A stretch of DNA of 40,000 bases from Paludibacteraceae bacterium (GCA_024400115.1 JAKSNF010000015.1:13158-53157); one strand, 5' to 3'; positions 8,901 to 17,086 are shown, counted from the first letter of the stretch. Notes: a model not told the origin generated them from the letters alone. Made by a program: numbers and translations.

Positions 8901-9303
8901 TCCGGCAGGGGATCCGTTTGATTTCTTTACGGCACCTAAGACCATAGGTCAAGACATTGAAGCAGATAATGAACAATTACATAACGGAAACGGCTATGAC
9001 CATAACTGGGTACTGCGCCCATCAGAAGAGAAAATGAATCATGCCGCTATACTGTATAGTCCGGTGACGGGTATTCAGTTAGATGTATATACAGAGGAAC
9101 CGGGTATTCAAGTTTATTCGGGTAATTTCTTAGACGGAACGATAACAGGTAAGTATGGTAAGGTTTATAACCAACGAAACGCCATCTGTTTAGAGACGCA
9201 GAAATATCCTGATGCACCCAATAAACCACAGTGGCCGTCGGCTTTCCTTAATCTGGGTGAGAAATACCAAACGCGCACTACCTTCCGGTTCTCCGTTCGT
9301 TAA
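5992..9303 (+). CDS. GH3 beta-glucosidase (BglX-like) fused at its C-terminus to aldose 1-epimerase (mutarotase)
   Basis: Track ORF 5965..9303. The ATG at 5992 gives a lipoprotein-like signal (LLLLSGC). The first ~770 aa carry GH3 motifs (GIPLIFGMDVIHG, KHFALYGG, GFVVTDY, PLYPFGYGLSYT). From about nt 8300 the last ~335 aa carry mutarotase motifs (FGGRIVSL, IGRYANR, HTLHGG, TNHTYFNL, YDHNW, CLETQ). Confidence 0.85.
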   Translation: MKHNSSLHHYINLSLITLLLLSGCQSKEERFVNNLMSQMTYEEKLGQLNLLPVNGDIVTGAEVGEYDLGDRIAKGEVGGLFNLKGVDKIREAQRIAVEQSRLGIPLIFGMDVIHGYETVFPIPLALSCSWDTAAIRLSAQTAAKEATADGICWTFSPMVDICRDARWGRIAEGNGEDPFLGSAIAQAMVKGYQGTDLTSPYTMLACVKHFALYGGAEAGRDYNTVDMSPYRMANDYLPPYKAALDAGCGSVMAAFNTINGVPCHCNQWLLTDLLRKQWGFEGFVVTDYTGILELIAHRMGADLETVGQRALQAGCDMDMVSEALNMRRQATGDRRRVEQACRRVLVAKYRLGLFDDPYRYCDDSRRATDIYTEANKAQARHLTTETFVLLKNSPSATPSTIHNPQSTLPLSPTAKVALIGPLADTRANMAGTWSVAATFDYKTVREAFEEMLPKGHFFYAKGSNIEYSKELQQRGELAGRSIWDERSPEQMRQEAMAAARKADVIVLAMGESSEMSGESAARTSLTMPKAQQDLIDALATLNKPMVLLNFSGRPVVLTHEAEVCDAILQVWFGGSETADAIADVVFGKVSPSGKLTTSFPRSVGQEPLGYRQYSTGRPIEDGEFIKYRSGYLDENTLPLYPFGYGLSYTTFNYSNITLHPYTGVAEATPTPLLPYSLNLTVTNTGKMAGAEVVQLYVRAHHSTWARPVRELRGFERVELAAGESKEVSFAITNETLGYYDDKMNFIVEPGIYDIFINDLFVGQVGEKQTHLYTLTNSNGVRVDITNFGGRIVSLCVPDKKGQLQDVVLGFDNIKDYENIPSDFGACIGRYANRLNKGQITVNGVQYQLPTNNFGHTLHGGPTGWQYQVYEAEQISDQCLKLTIVSPNGDNGFPGQVTASCTYTLTEDNTLVLDYEATTDAPTVINMTNHTYFNLNGDGSTSILNNELWLNADQMTPVDNTYMTTGEIVTIPAGDPFDFFTAPKTIGQDIEADNEQLHNGNGYDHNWVLRPSEEKMNHAAILYSPVTGIQLDVYTEEPGIQVYSGNFLDGTITGKYGKVYNQRNAICLETQKYPDAPNKPQWPSAFLNLGEKYQTRTTFRFSVR
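6971..6997. repeat. Heptamer tract GGCGACA/GGCAACA x~4, inside the GH3 CDS
   Basis: Sequence: GGCGACA GGCAACA GGCGACA GGCGAC. Translated as [10 protein letters not shown]. Confidence 0.9.
7178..7212. repeat. Heptamer tract (ATCCACA/ATCCACC) x5, inside the GH3 CDS
   Basis: Sequence: CCACACC ATCCACC ATCCACA ATCCACA ATCCACA. Translated as ATPSTIHNPQST. Confidence 0.9.
7994..8020. repeat. C-rich 7/8-bp-period tract (CCCCTAC[T]) x3.5, inside the GH3 CDS
   Basis: Sequence: CCCCTAC CCCCCTAC TCCCCTAC TCCC. Translated as TPTPLLPYS. It is less regular than the other tracts. Confidence 0.7.
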
Positions 9304-9309
9304 GCCCTA

Positions 9310-10662
9310 TCAATGACGGAACTTCTTGAGGGTGACAAGCAGCATGATACATGCCGTGAGAGCGGAAGCAAAATCGCTGATGGGAAGTGACCACCATACC
9401 CCATTAATGGGTTCACAAGCATTATTAGCAAACAGAGACGGTAAGAACAAAGCTAAGGGAATAAGATAAAGCACTTGGCGCGTCAGACTCAAGAAAATAG
9501 ACTTACCCGACATACCGATGGAGGTGAAGAAATTACCCGTCACCATCTGGAAACCGACAAAGAGCATCATACAGCACACTATACGCATCGGTTTGATAGA
9601 TGCTTGTATCAATGCCTCATCATGTGTAAAGACCTCCGTTATCCAAACGGGGGTCAATTCACCTAAGAAGAAGACCAGTCCCATCACAATAGTAGCGCAA
9701 TAAGCGGTTAGTTTGAACGCACGTAACATGCGGTCATACTGCTTTGCCCCATAATTGAAACCTACGATAGGTTGCATTCCTTGATTAAGACCCATCACGA
9801 TCATAGCAAAGACAAAGGTGAAGCGGTTGATAACACCGAAAGTAGCCAACGATAAGTCTCCGCCATACCGAACGAGTTGATTATTGATAATAATAACCAC
9901 AAAGCAGTGGGCAAAATTCATAAGAAACGGGGCAGCACCAATAGCAAGTACACGCCACGTGATGCGTTTGTTCAGTTTCCAAATACCTTTACGGAAATGA
10001 AGTAGTTCATTAGGATTGCAGAAGATAGTCATCTGCCAAATAACGGAGATAGCCTGCGATATAACCGTTGCTAATGCAGCTCCTCGAACTCCCATATCAA
10101 AGACAAAAATAAAGATAGGGTCTAAGATTATATTCACGGTCACGGAAACAATCGTGGAAATCATAGCACTCTTAGGATGTCCCATGGAACGGAGAACATT
10201 ATTAAGACCAAAATAAATATGCGTGAGGATATTACCAAAAAGAATAATCTCCATATAATCTCGCGCATAAGCAATAGTGTTCTCACTTGCCCCAAAAGCG
10301 TACAAGATAGGATCGAGCCAAACCAAACCCACCACCATCACGAGTGCACCAAGGATGAAGTTCATTACCACCACATTACCTAATACACGAGAGGCTGTTT
10401 CGTAATTCTTTTCGCCTAACTTGATAGCTACCAGTGTACTTGCCCCCACTCCGACGAGCGAACCGAAAGCAGCACATATATCCATAAAAGGTTTAGCCAC
10501 CGTTAATCCCGAAAGAGCCAACGCCCCGCAGCCGTGACCGATAAAGATTGAATCGACTATGTTATACAACGAAGCCGCCGTCATAGCAATGATAGCGGGC
10601 AACGCGTACTTCCATAGAAGGCGGCGTATCGATTCGGTTCCGAGTTCAGAGGCGGTGTTCAT
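9310..10662 (-). CDS. MATE family efflux transporter
   Basis: 450-aa polytopic membrane ORF. The N-terminus LLWKYALPAIIAMTAASLYNIVDSIFIGHG and the overall length fit the NorM/DinF-type MATE family. Confidence 0.85.
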   Translation of the reverse strand: MNTASELGTESIRRLLWKYALPAIIAMTAASLYNIVDSIFIGHGCGALALSGLTVAKPFMDICAAFGSLVGVGASTLVAIKLGEKNYETASRVLGNVVVMNFILGALVMVVGLVWLDPILYAFGASENTIAYARDYMEIILFGNILTHIYFGLNNVLRSMGHPKSAMISTIVSVTVNIILDPIFIFVFDMGVRGAALATVISQAISVIWQMTIFCNPNELLHFRKGIWKLNKRITWRVLAIGAAPFLMNFAHCFVVIIINNQLVRYGGDLSLATFGVINRFTFVFAMIVMGLNQGMQPIVGFNYGAKQYDRMLRAFKLTAYCATIVMGLVFFLGELTPVWITEVFTHDEALIQASIKPMRIVCCMMLFVGFQMVTGNFFTSIGMSGKSIFLSLTRQVLYLIPLALFLPSLFANNACEPINGVWWSLPISDFASALTACIMLLVTLKKFRH

Positions 10663-10666
10663 AATA

Positions 10667-10719
10667 GTTTAGAGTGGAGAGTTTAGAGTGTAGAGTAGCC
10701 GTCTAGTTTAGAGTTTAGA
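10667..10719. repeat. Composite intercistronic element E3: GTTTAGA-type units + AGCCGTCTAG + GTTTAGA units
   Basis: Sequence: GTTTAGA GTGGAGA GTTTAGA GTGTAGA G-TAGCCGTCTAG-TTTAGA GTTTAGA. It lies between the MATE ATG (10662) and the peptidase-like gene, whose last codons and stop it encodes. Confidence 0.9.
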
Positions 10720-11171
10720 GGTAAATAAGTGTGTCTGTATATTTTTAGTAGGTAGCGGCGGAAGGGTTTGAGAAGGCGCCAAAGGCGACCTTTGGTAAGG
10801 GGTTTCTTATGCCCCTTGGGTGAACGTATCTCAATGACTGTTCCTAATATATCTTCTGAAGAACAATGCTCGTACCCTTGCAGGTTGCCGTCACCCTGAA
10901 GGGTGATTGAATTATGAGTTATGAATTTTGAATTATGAGTTATGAATTGTTTAACAACGCGGTGGAGGATGTAGCGGTCGGCGATGTGGGCGAGGACGAT
11001 GTCACCTACAGCGATGGTGGGTTTCTTGATAAGGGTGACGGAGTCCTTGCCACCCTCAATAAAGGGACGCATACTAACGCCACGAGGGGTGAAGATAACC
11101 TCCTTACCCTCCTTGAGTAGGCGTTCTATTTCCTCTAATAATATATCACTTTGTACTGCCGGCATGAGCAA
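10683..11171 (-). CDS. S24/S26-family serine peptidase-like protein
   Basis: 162-aa ORF. GVSMRPFI (Ser nucleophile context), GDIVLA and ILHRVV resemble signal-peptidase/LexA-fold peptidases. It overlaps the upstream gtrA-like gene by 26 nt. Its C-terminus and stop lie inside a repeat element. Confidence 0.55.
   Translation of the reverse strand: MLMPAVQSDILLEEIERLLKEGKEVIFTPRGVSMRPFIEGGKDSVTLIKKPTIAVGDIVLAHIADRYILHRVVKQFITHNSKFITHNSITLQGDGNLQGYEHCSSEDILGTVIEIRSPKGHKKPLTKGRLWRLLKPFRRYLLKIYRHTYLPLNSKLDGYSTL
10908..10949. repeat. Heptamer tract (TGAATTA/TGAGTTA/TGAATTT) x6, inside the S24-like CDS
   Basis: Six units, 42 bp or 14 codons. Translated on the minus strand as QFITHNSKFITHNS. It belongs to the AATTCAA family. 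Confidence 0.95.
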
Positions 11172-11649
11172 ATGAAAAATACTTCTGACAGAAGAACGAA
11201 ATAATAACAGTAATAACAGTAATCACCATCTTACTGGGCGTAGGATACCAAGCAAGAACATCGACACAGAGTTTAAGTCCGAAATAGTTAATTGCCAAAT
11301 TGATAGCCACAACCAAACAATAACGAATAAACTGCTTCCTTGTTTTTATATCCGATTGGGTGAAAGTGATATGTTTATTTAGCCAAAAACCGGTAAGAAG
11401 GGTAATAGGGAAGACGATGCACAATGACGCTATATGAGGCGTCATTGTGATAGTTGAGAGTGGAGAGTTGAGAGTTATTAACTCGTGACCGATGACGAAA
11501 TTATAGATGATAAAGTATAAAATCCAGTCGAGGACCATGTTTCCACCACCACACATTCCGTAGGTAAAAAGCTGTTTTGGCACCCATTTTTGGAATGGAT
11601 GATAGAAAAAATCAATGATTTTTGTAATTATTTGCGCTATTTTTTGCAT
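11146..11649 (-). CDS. GtrA-family membrane protein
   Basis: 167-aa ORF with 4 hydrophobic segments. FTYGMCGGGNMVLDWILYFIIYNF and the C-terminal layout fit the GtrA-like family. Confidence 0.7.
   Translation of the reverse strand: MQKIAQIITKIIDFFYHPFQKWVPKQLFTYGMCGGGNMVLDWILYFIIYNFVIGHELITLNSPLSTITMTPHIASLCIVFPITLLTGFWLNKHITFTQSDIKTRKQFIRYCLVVAINLAINYFGLKLCVDVLAWYPTPSKMVITVITVIISFFCQKYFSFAHAGSTK
11453..11480. repeat. Heptamer tract GTTGAGA GTGGAGA GTTGAGA GTTATTA, inside the gtrA-like CDS
   Basis: Read directly from the sequence. Translated on the minus strand as ITLNSPLST. Confidence 0.9.
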
Positions 11650-11674
11650 ATTTCAAATAAAAGTTGTACCTTTG
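11643..11674 (+). promoter_or_regulatory. Bacteroidetes-type promoter for rsmA
   Basis: TTTG at 11643-11646, a 20-nt spacer, then TACCTTTG at 11667-11674 (TAnnTTTG). Confidence 0.75.
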
Positions 11675-11691
11675 CAGTCCGAAATCGGGTG

Positions 11692-11723
11692 CAAAGATAA
11701 TACTTTTTTTTCAAACTACCAAA
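11692..11723 (-). promoter_or_regulatory. Bacteroidetes-type promoter for the gtrA / peptidase / MATE operon
   Basis: On the minus strand: TTTG (11723-11720), a 20-nt spacer, then TATCTTTG (11699-11692). Confidence 0.65.
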
Positions 11724-11748
11724 TTTATGGACGACTATCATAGTAAAA

Positions 11749-12561
11749 ATGCAAACAGTACGTGCAAAAAAATACTTAGGTCAGCATTTTTTGAAGGACC
11801 TCAATGTCGCCCGCAAGATTGCTGAGACCTTGACCGAAGGACCCGTTTTAGAAATAGGTCCGGGTATGGGTGTTCTTACCCAGTTCCTACTTCAAAATCC
11901 TAATATTGACCTCACGGCTATCGAAATAGACCGCGAGAGTGTGGCTTATCTCCACGAGTATTATCCCGAACTCAAACTTATTGAGGGCGATTTTCTTAAA
12001 CTGGATCTCAATAAAGTATTCCCAACAGGCAGTTTTTCGGTGATAGGCAATTATCCGTATAATATATCCAGTCAGATATTCTTCAAGGTACTTGAATACC
12101 GAGAACGTATCCCCGTTTGTTCGGGTATGATACAAAAAGAAGTGGCAGAACGACTGGCTTCTAAACCGGGCAAGAAAGAGTATGGTATATTATCCGTTTT
12201 ATTACAAGCGTACTATAATATCGAATATCTCTTCACGGTGGACGAATATGTTTTTGCCCCTCCGCCCAAGGTGAAATCGGCCGTTATTCGCTGCACACGA
12301 AACGAGCGACAGTCATTAGGATGTGACGAAGAACTATTCAAACAAGTAGTGAAAACGGCCTTTAACCAGCGACGAAAACAGATGCGAAACTCCTTGAGAG
12401 TTGAAAGTTTAAAGTTAAAAGTGGAAAGAAGTTGGATAGAAGATAGTGAAAAGTTAAAAGAATTCTATTCTGACCCTATTTTTAACAAGCGACCAGAGCA
12501 ACTGAGTGTAGAAGAATTTATTGAACTAACCCTTAAAATTGAAAAACTATGTCAGAAGTAA
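11749..12561 (+). CDS. rsmA: 16S rRNA (adenine1518/1519-N6)-dimethyltransferase
   Basis: 270-aa ORF with [21 protein letters not shown] (SAM-binding motif), [11 protein letters not shown] and [12 protein letters not shown] consensus promoter lies upstream. Confidence 0.92.
   Translation: MQTVRAKKYLGQHFLKDLNVARKIAETLTEGPVLEIGPGMGVLTQFLLQNPNIDLTAIEIDRESVAYLHEYYPELKLIEGDFLKLDLNKVFPTGSFSVIGNYPYNISSQIFFKVLEYRERIPVCSGMIQKEVAERLASKPGKKEYGILSVLLQAYYNIEYLFTVDEYVFAPPPKVKSAVIRCTRNERQSLGCDEELFKQVVKTAFNQRRKQMRNSLRVESLKLKVERSWIEDSEKLKEFYSDPIFNKRPEQLSVEEFIELTLKIEKLCQK
12393..12427. repeat. Heptamer tract CTTGAGA GTTGAAA GTTTAAA GTTAAAA GTGGAAA, inside rsmA
   Basis: Read directly from the sequence. Translated as [12 protein letters not shown]. 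Confidence 0.9.
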
Positions 12562-13496
12562 AGATTTTTTATCGCGATAAAGAGAAAATAAAAGTAGGAC
12601 GTTCGATTAGTGTTCTCAAGGAATTAGACAAGAAGGATATTATCTGGATTGACCTTATCGACGTAAGTGACAAGACTGAGGATACATTAGAGGGTTTCCT
12701 GAAGATTGATATTCAGGAAGACGAGGAAATGGAAGAGATTGAGATGTCTTCCCGTTATATCCAAACGGATGACTCCATTGTAGCTAACTCCAATTTCTTG
12801 CACACTAACTTTGATATAGAACCGGTAAACTTCATTGTTAAGAACGATATCTTAGTAACGAGCCATGATAACGAATTAGGTAGTTTCAAAGATACCATCA
12901 GTAAGATGCTGGTGAATAACCGTAGTTTCCCGACGGGATTTCATGTATTGGTATCGCTTATGGAAACGCGTGTAGAGAAAGATGCCGACATGATTGAGGA
13001 TACTACCGATTTAATCACCTCACTATCCGAAGAAATCAATGCCGAAGATCATGTAGATGAGGATGTTCTTATCCAAATCAAGAACTTACAGGAAAAAGTA
13101 ACCATCCTTCGTCAGACGATTATGGATAAACAACGTGTTATTTCCAATCTACTCAAATGCGATTTCTTCCCGAATGACCTACAAACACGATTAACGATGG
13201 TGATTAAAGATATTAACTCTTTATTCGAATATACTAAGTTTGGTTTTGATCGTTTGGACTACTTACAAGATACATTCCTTGGTTTAGTAAACATCGAGCA
13301 GAACCGAATAATCAAGATTTTTACCATCGTAAACATTATCTTCCTACCGCCTACGTTGATTGCCAGTATGTATGGCATGAATTTTGATTGGATGCCTGAG
13401 TTACATTGGCAGTACGGATACTTGTTTGCTATAGGATTGATGATAGTGTTCACTCTTTTTGTACTCATGATTTTCAGACTTAAGAAGTGGTTATAA
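12549..13496 (+). CDS. corA: CorA-family magnesium/cobalt transporter
   Basis: 315-aa ORF with a C-terminal YGMNF (GMN) motif followed by two TM helices. It overlaps the rsmA stop by 13 nt. Confidence 0.85.
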   Translation: MSEVKIFYRDKEKIKVGRSISVLKELDKKDIIWIDLIDVSDKTEDTLEGFLKIDIQEDEEMEEIEMSSRYIQTDDSIVANSNFLHTNFDIEPVNFIVKNDILVTSHDNELGSFKDTISKMLVNNRSFPTGFHVLVSLMETRVEKDADMIEDTTDLITSLSEEINAEDHVDEDVLIQIKNLQEKVTILRQTIMDKQRVISNLLKCDFFPNDLQTRLTMVIKDINSLFEYTKFGFDRLDYLQDTFLGLVNIEQNRIIKIFTIVNIIFLPPTLIASMYGMNFDWMPELHWQYGYLFAIGLMIVFTLFVLMIFRLKKWL

Positions 13497-13693
13497 ACAA
13501 AATGTTAATAACTCATGTTAATAAGTGTTGAAAATGTCAATAAATAGGGCACTATAAACATAATTTACTTTTCACTCACAAAGAGTAAATATTGAAAAGT
13601 AGCGTCAATAAAAGTATTACATCATTTGTTAACATTATCAACCTACTATTGTTATTATAGATTTTTTTTAAAGAACTTATATAATATAAAATA

Positions 13694-14593
13694 ATGAATA
13701 ACCTAACCTACCAAATACGCCAATTATGTGAGCAAAAACATGCTGTTATCATGGCTCACTACTACACGCTGCCTGAGATACAGGAAGTAGCTGACTTTAT
13801 AGGCGATTCGTTAGCCTTAGCGCAAAAAGCCAAAACGATAGAGGCTGATATTATCGTTCTTTGTGGAGTACATTTTATGGGAGAAACAGCTAAAATTATT
13901 TGTCCCGATAAGAAAGTGCTGGTACCGGATCTAAATGCCGGTTGTTCACTGGCTGATTCGTGTGAAGCAAAAGCATTAAGCCAACTCAAAGCGCAACATC
14001 CGAATGCGTTGGTGATTAGTTATATTAACACCACTGCTGCTGTCAAAGCCCTGACAGATATAGTAGTAACCTCTTCTAATGCCGAGAAGATAGTGAAACA
14101 GATTCCGACGGAACAAGAGATAATATTTGGTCCTGATCGTAATTTAGGCGCGTATATAAATAAGGTGACCGGTAGAAAAATGATTTTGTGGGAAGGTTGC
14201 TGCCAAGTGCATAATAGTATTCAACCTGAACAAATAGAAGAGTTAAAGCAACAATATCCTCATGCTATTGTACTTGCTCATCCGGAGTGTAATGGTACAG
14301 TGCTTGAAAAAGCAGATGTGATAGGCAGTACGGCAGCATTACTGAATTTTGCTAAATCGCACGATTATGAGCAATATATAGTAGTGACCGAGTCGGGTAT
14401 AATGCACGAATTACAAAAACATTGTCCTGATAAACAATTTATTCCTGTGGGAGCTATTTGTAAAGACATGCAACTCAGTACCCTTGATAAACTCTATAAT
14501 TGTCTTCTCACCGAGCAACCCGAGATACAAGTAGATGCCGAGATAGCTGCTAAAGCGCGTCAGTCAATAGATAAAATGCTGAGCATGTCGTGA
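13694..14593 (+). CDS. nadA: Quinolinate synthase
   Basis: 299-aa ORF with AHYYT, GDSLALA, VLCGVHFMGETAKI, YINTTA and VLAHPEC, all typical NadA motifs. Confidence 0.9.
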   Translation: MNNLTYQIRQLCEQKHAVIMAHYYTLPEIQEVADFIGDSLALAQKAKTIEADIIVLCGVHFMGETAKIICPDKKVLVPDLNAGCSLADSCEAKALSQLKAQHPNALVISYINTTAAVKALTDIVVTSSNAEKIVKQIPTEQEIIFGPDRNLGAYINKVTGRKMILWEGCCQVHNSIQPEQIEELKQQYPHAIVLAHPECNGTVLEKADVIGSTAALLNFAKSHDYEQYIVVTESGIMHELQKHCPDKQFIPVGAICKDMQLSTLDKLYNCLLTEQPEIQVDAEIAAKARQSIDKMLSMS

Positions 14594-15834
14594 AGAGTTT
14601 ATTGATTATATTATCCGTTCTAACCTTCGAAGTGAACGGCGTTACCTTTCAACTTAATGAAGTGGAAGGCGGAACGTTCATTATGGGCGCTACAGAAGAA
14701 CAAGGTTCAGAGGAAGAAATAAGCATAGATAAACCTGTTCACTCTGTGGCTGTACAATCGTTCTATTTAGGTCAAACGGAAGTAACCAATCGACTATGGA
14801 ATGCCGTAATGGTCGCTCCGGCGACTCCGATAAAGGCAATAGGCGACAGGCAGCAAGCGACAGATAATGAGATGCAAGGTGAGATATGGGCAGCGGCTGA
14901 TTGTCCGGTAGTACTGCATTCGTGGTTTGAGTGTCAGGAGTTTATTCGTAGGTTAGATTCTATAACAGGTATAGATTTTCGTCTCCCTCATGAAGCGGAG
15001 TGGGAATATGCTGCCCGCGGAGGGAAGAAAGGTAAAACAACCCGTTATGCCGGTAGTGATAATGCCGACGAGGTGAGTTGGTTATACCGCAATAGCGGTA
15101 ACCGTTCGCACGCCGTGGCTCAGAAAAAACCCAACGAATTGGGACTATACGATATGACGGGTAATGTATGGGAGTGGTGCTTAAATGATTTCTATCCTTA
15201 TCAATCTTCACCTGAAGTAATATCTGTGCTTAAAGAGGCAGCTGATACAGCCAAAGTGCTCAAAGTGATGCGTGGTGGCAGTTGGGATAATGCTATCAGT
15301 AATAGTCACCTCTCCGTTCGCCGCACCGAATATCCGCAATATGCCTTTCACGACTGCGGACTGAGATTAGCACTGAGTAAAAAGATAGAACCCACTGTAT
15401 TACCCCAAACAAAAAAAGTGCGCATTAAGGGTTATACTATGAACTTTAATTTGGTTATGCCTCAAGATTCTATTAATCCTTACTATTTAGCTGAAGAAGA
15501 TGTGAGTGCTGCCTTATGGAAAGCGGTTATGCGCAAAAAAATGTATAAGGTAAGTAAAGAGGAAGTACAGTCTTTTCTTTATCAGATTAGCGATAAAACA
15601 GGGTATCAGTTTAGTTTAGTTCCTTCTAACGAGCAGGTAACTGATTTTTATTTTGATGAAGAAATAGATAAAAAGAACGTAAAAGTTTCTAAACGCAAAT
15701 CTATAAAAAAGGCTAATGTACTTTTAGAGTTATTTACAGGAAGAGAAAATACCATAGATGAACCAACCGACTATACTTTATTACGTTATAAACAAGAAAC
15801 TCCTCGAACAATTAGACTTATTATAATTCCATAG
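14590..15834 (+). CDS. Formylglycine-generating-enzyme (SUMF1/FGE) domain protein with a C-terminal extension
   Basis: 414-aa ORF. The GTG start overlaps the nadA stop (GTGA). It has an N-terminal signal-like segment and FGE-fold motifs HSVAVQSFYLGQTEVT, LPHEAEWEYAARGG, GNVWEWC and RGGSWDN. The last ~150 aa match no family I recognise. Confidence 0.8.
   Translation: MKSLLIILSVLTFEVNGVTFQLNEVEGGTFIMGATEEQGSEEEISIDKPVHSVAVQSFYLGQTEVTNRLWNAVMVAPATPIKAIGDRQQATDNEMQGEIWAAADCPVVLHSWFECQEFIRRLDSITGIDFRLPHEAEWEYAARGGKKGKTTRYAGSDNADEVSWLYRNSGNRSHAVAQKKPNELGLYDMTGNVWEWCLNDFYPYQSSPEVISVLKEAADTAKVLKVMRGGSWDNAISNSHLSVRRTEYPQYAFHDCGLRLALSKKIEPTVLPQTKKVRIKGYTMNFNLVMPQDSINPYYLAEEDVSAALWKAVMRKKMYKVSKEEVQSFLYQISDKTGYQFSLVPSNEQVTDFYFDEEIDKKNVKVSKRKSIKKANVLLELFTGRENTIDEPTDYTLLRYKQETPRTIRLIIIP
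14842..14862. repeat. Heptamer tract GGCGACA GGCAGCA AGCGACA, inside the FGE-domain CDS
   Basis: Three units, 21 bp. Translated as GDRQQAT. Confidence 0.8.
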
Positions 15835-15871
15835 TGGAGAGCCTCCACAGGCAAATATATACATTGTGATT

Positions 15872-17086
15872 ATGAATAGAAATGATTTTCCTATATTAAA
15901 AACACTTGTCTATAATAAACCGCTTGTTTATTTGGATAATGCGGCAACGACCCAAAAACCGCAGGCGGTGTTGGACGCAATCATAGAGGGTTATACCCAA
16001 TGGAACGCCAATATCCATCGTGGGGTACATCGTCTCAGTCAAGTGGCTACTGAACACCACGAAGCCGCTCGTCAACGAGTAGCCGATTTCTTGGGCGCTC
16101 AGTCTGCCAAAGAGATTGTGTTCACTAAAGGTACAACCGATAGTATCAATATGTTGGCTTACTGTGTTGGTCAAGCGTGGATACAAGAGGGTGATGAGAT
16201 TATCGTTTCCCAAATGGAGCACCACTCCAATATCGTTCCTTGGCAGATGGTGTGCGAACAACGCAAAGCGGTACTTAAAGTTATTCCGCTGCGGGAAGAT
16301 TTGTCGCTCGATGTAGAGGCTTTATCCGCTCTTATCACCGAAAAAACGAAATTCATTGCCGTGGCACATGTGAGCAATACATTAGGCATAATCAATCCTG
16401 TAAAAGAGGTTATTCGCCTTGCCCACGAACACCATATTCCCGTCCTTGTGGATGGGGCACAATCGGCACCACACATTCAAGTGAACGTACAAGACTTGGA
16501 CTGCGATTTCTTTGTTTGTTCGGCACATAAGATGTACGGTCCGACAGGCATAGGTATCCTTTACGGCAAAGAGCAATGGCTCAACACTTTACCTCCTGCG
16601 GAAGGCGGTGGTGAGATGATTGAGCATGTCAGTTTTGCCAAAACGACATATAACACGCTGCCGTATAAGTTCGAAGCCGGAACGCCGAATTTTATAGGTT
16701 CATACGCTTTTGCTGCGGCATTAGATTATATCAACACTATCGGTCGCGACAAGATAGCCGCCTATGAAGAGGAACTGACACAATACGCCGAAGCCGAATT
16801 GAGTAAAATCCCCGAAGTGAAGGTTTATGCCGCCGGTTTACCCAAAGCCGGAGCGATATCGTTTAATGTATTTATTAACGACAAACAGATTCATCCCTTT
16901 GATATAGGCACGTTGCTTGATCATCAGGGTGTAGCCGTTCGGACGGGTCACCACTGTGCTGAACCGCTGATTGATTATTTGGGTGTACCGGGTACGGTGC
17001 GTGTTTCGTTTGCGCTCTACAACACCAAAGAGGAGATAGATATTTTTATTGGAGCACTCAAAAAAGCGATTATGATGTTAGGGTAA
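15872..17086 (+). CDS. sufS: Cysteine desulfurase, SufS/CsdA type
   Basis: Track ORF 15866..17086, with the ATG at 15872. Motifs YLDNAATTQKP, NIHRGVH, MEHHSN, SAHKMYGPTGIG and RTGHHCAEP are present. Confidence 0.9.
   Translation: MNRNDFPILKTLVYNKPLVYLDNAATTQKPQAVLDAIIEGYTQWNANIHRGVHRLSQVATEHHEAARQRVADFLGAQSAKEIVFTKGTTDSINMLAYCVGQAWIQEGDEIIVSQMEHHSNIVPWQMVCEQRKAVLKVIPLREDLSLDVEALSALITEKTKFIAVAHVSNTLGIINPVKEVIRLAHEHHIPVLVDGAQSAPHIQVNVQDLDCDFFVCSAHKMYGPTGIGILYGKEQWLNTLPPAEGGGEMIEHVSFAKTTYNTLPYKFEAGTPNFIGSYAFAAALDYINTIGRDKIAAYEEELTQYAEAELSKIPEVKVYAAGLPKAGAISFNVFINDKQIHPFDIGTLLDHQGVAVRTGHHCAEPLIDYLGVPGTVRVSFALYNTKEEIDIFIGALKKAIMMLG

Noticed and set aside
13497-13693. A possible NAD+ riboswitch (nadA motif) upstream of nadA.
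   Set aside because: The spacer is extremely AT-rich. It lacks the GC-rich tandem-domain pattern of the nadA motif as I recall it, and that motif is known mainly from Acidobacteria. The repeated boxes are reported as a possible operator instead.
15834-15848. A small hairpin, GTGGAG-agc-CTCCAC, in the FGE/sufS spacer, flanked by single GTGGAGA-like and ATATACAT-like units.
   Set aside because: It has only one unit of each type and a 6-bp stem. That is too little to call a tract or a terminator, though it may be a degenerate relative of the heptamer elements.
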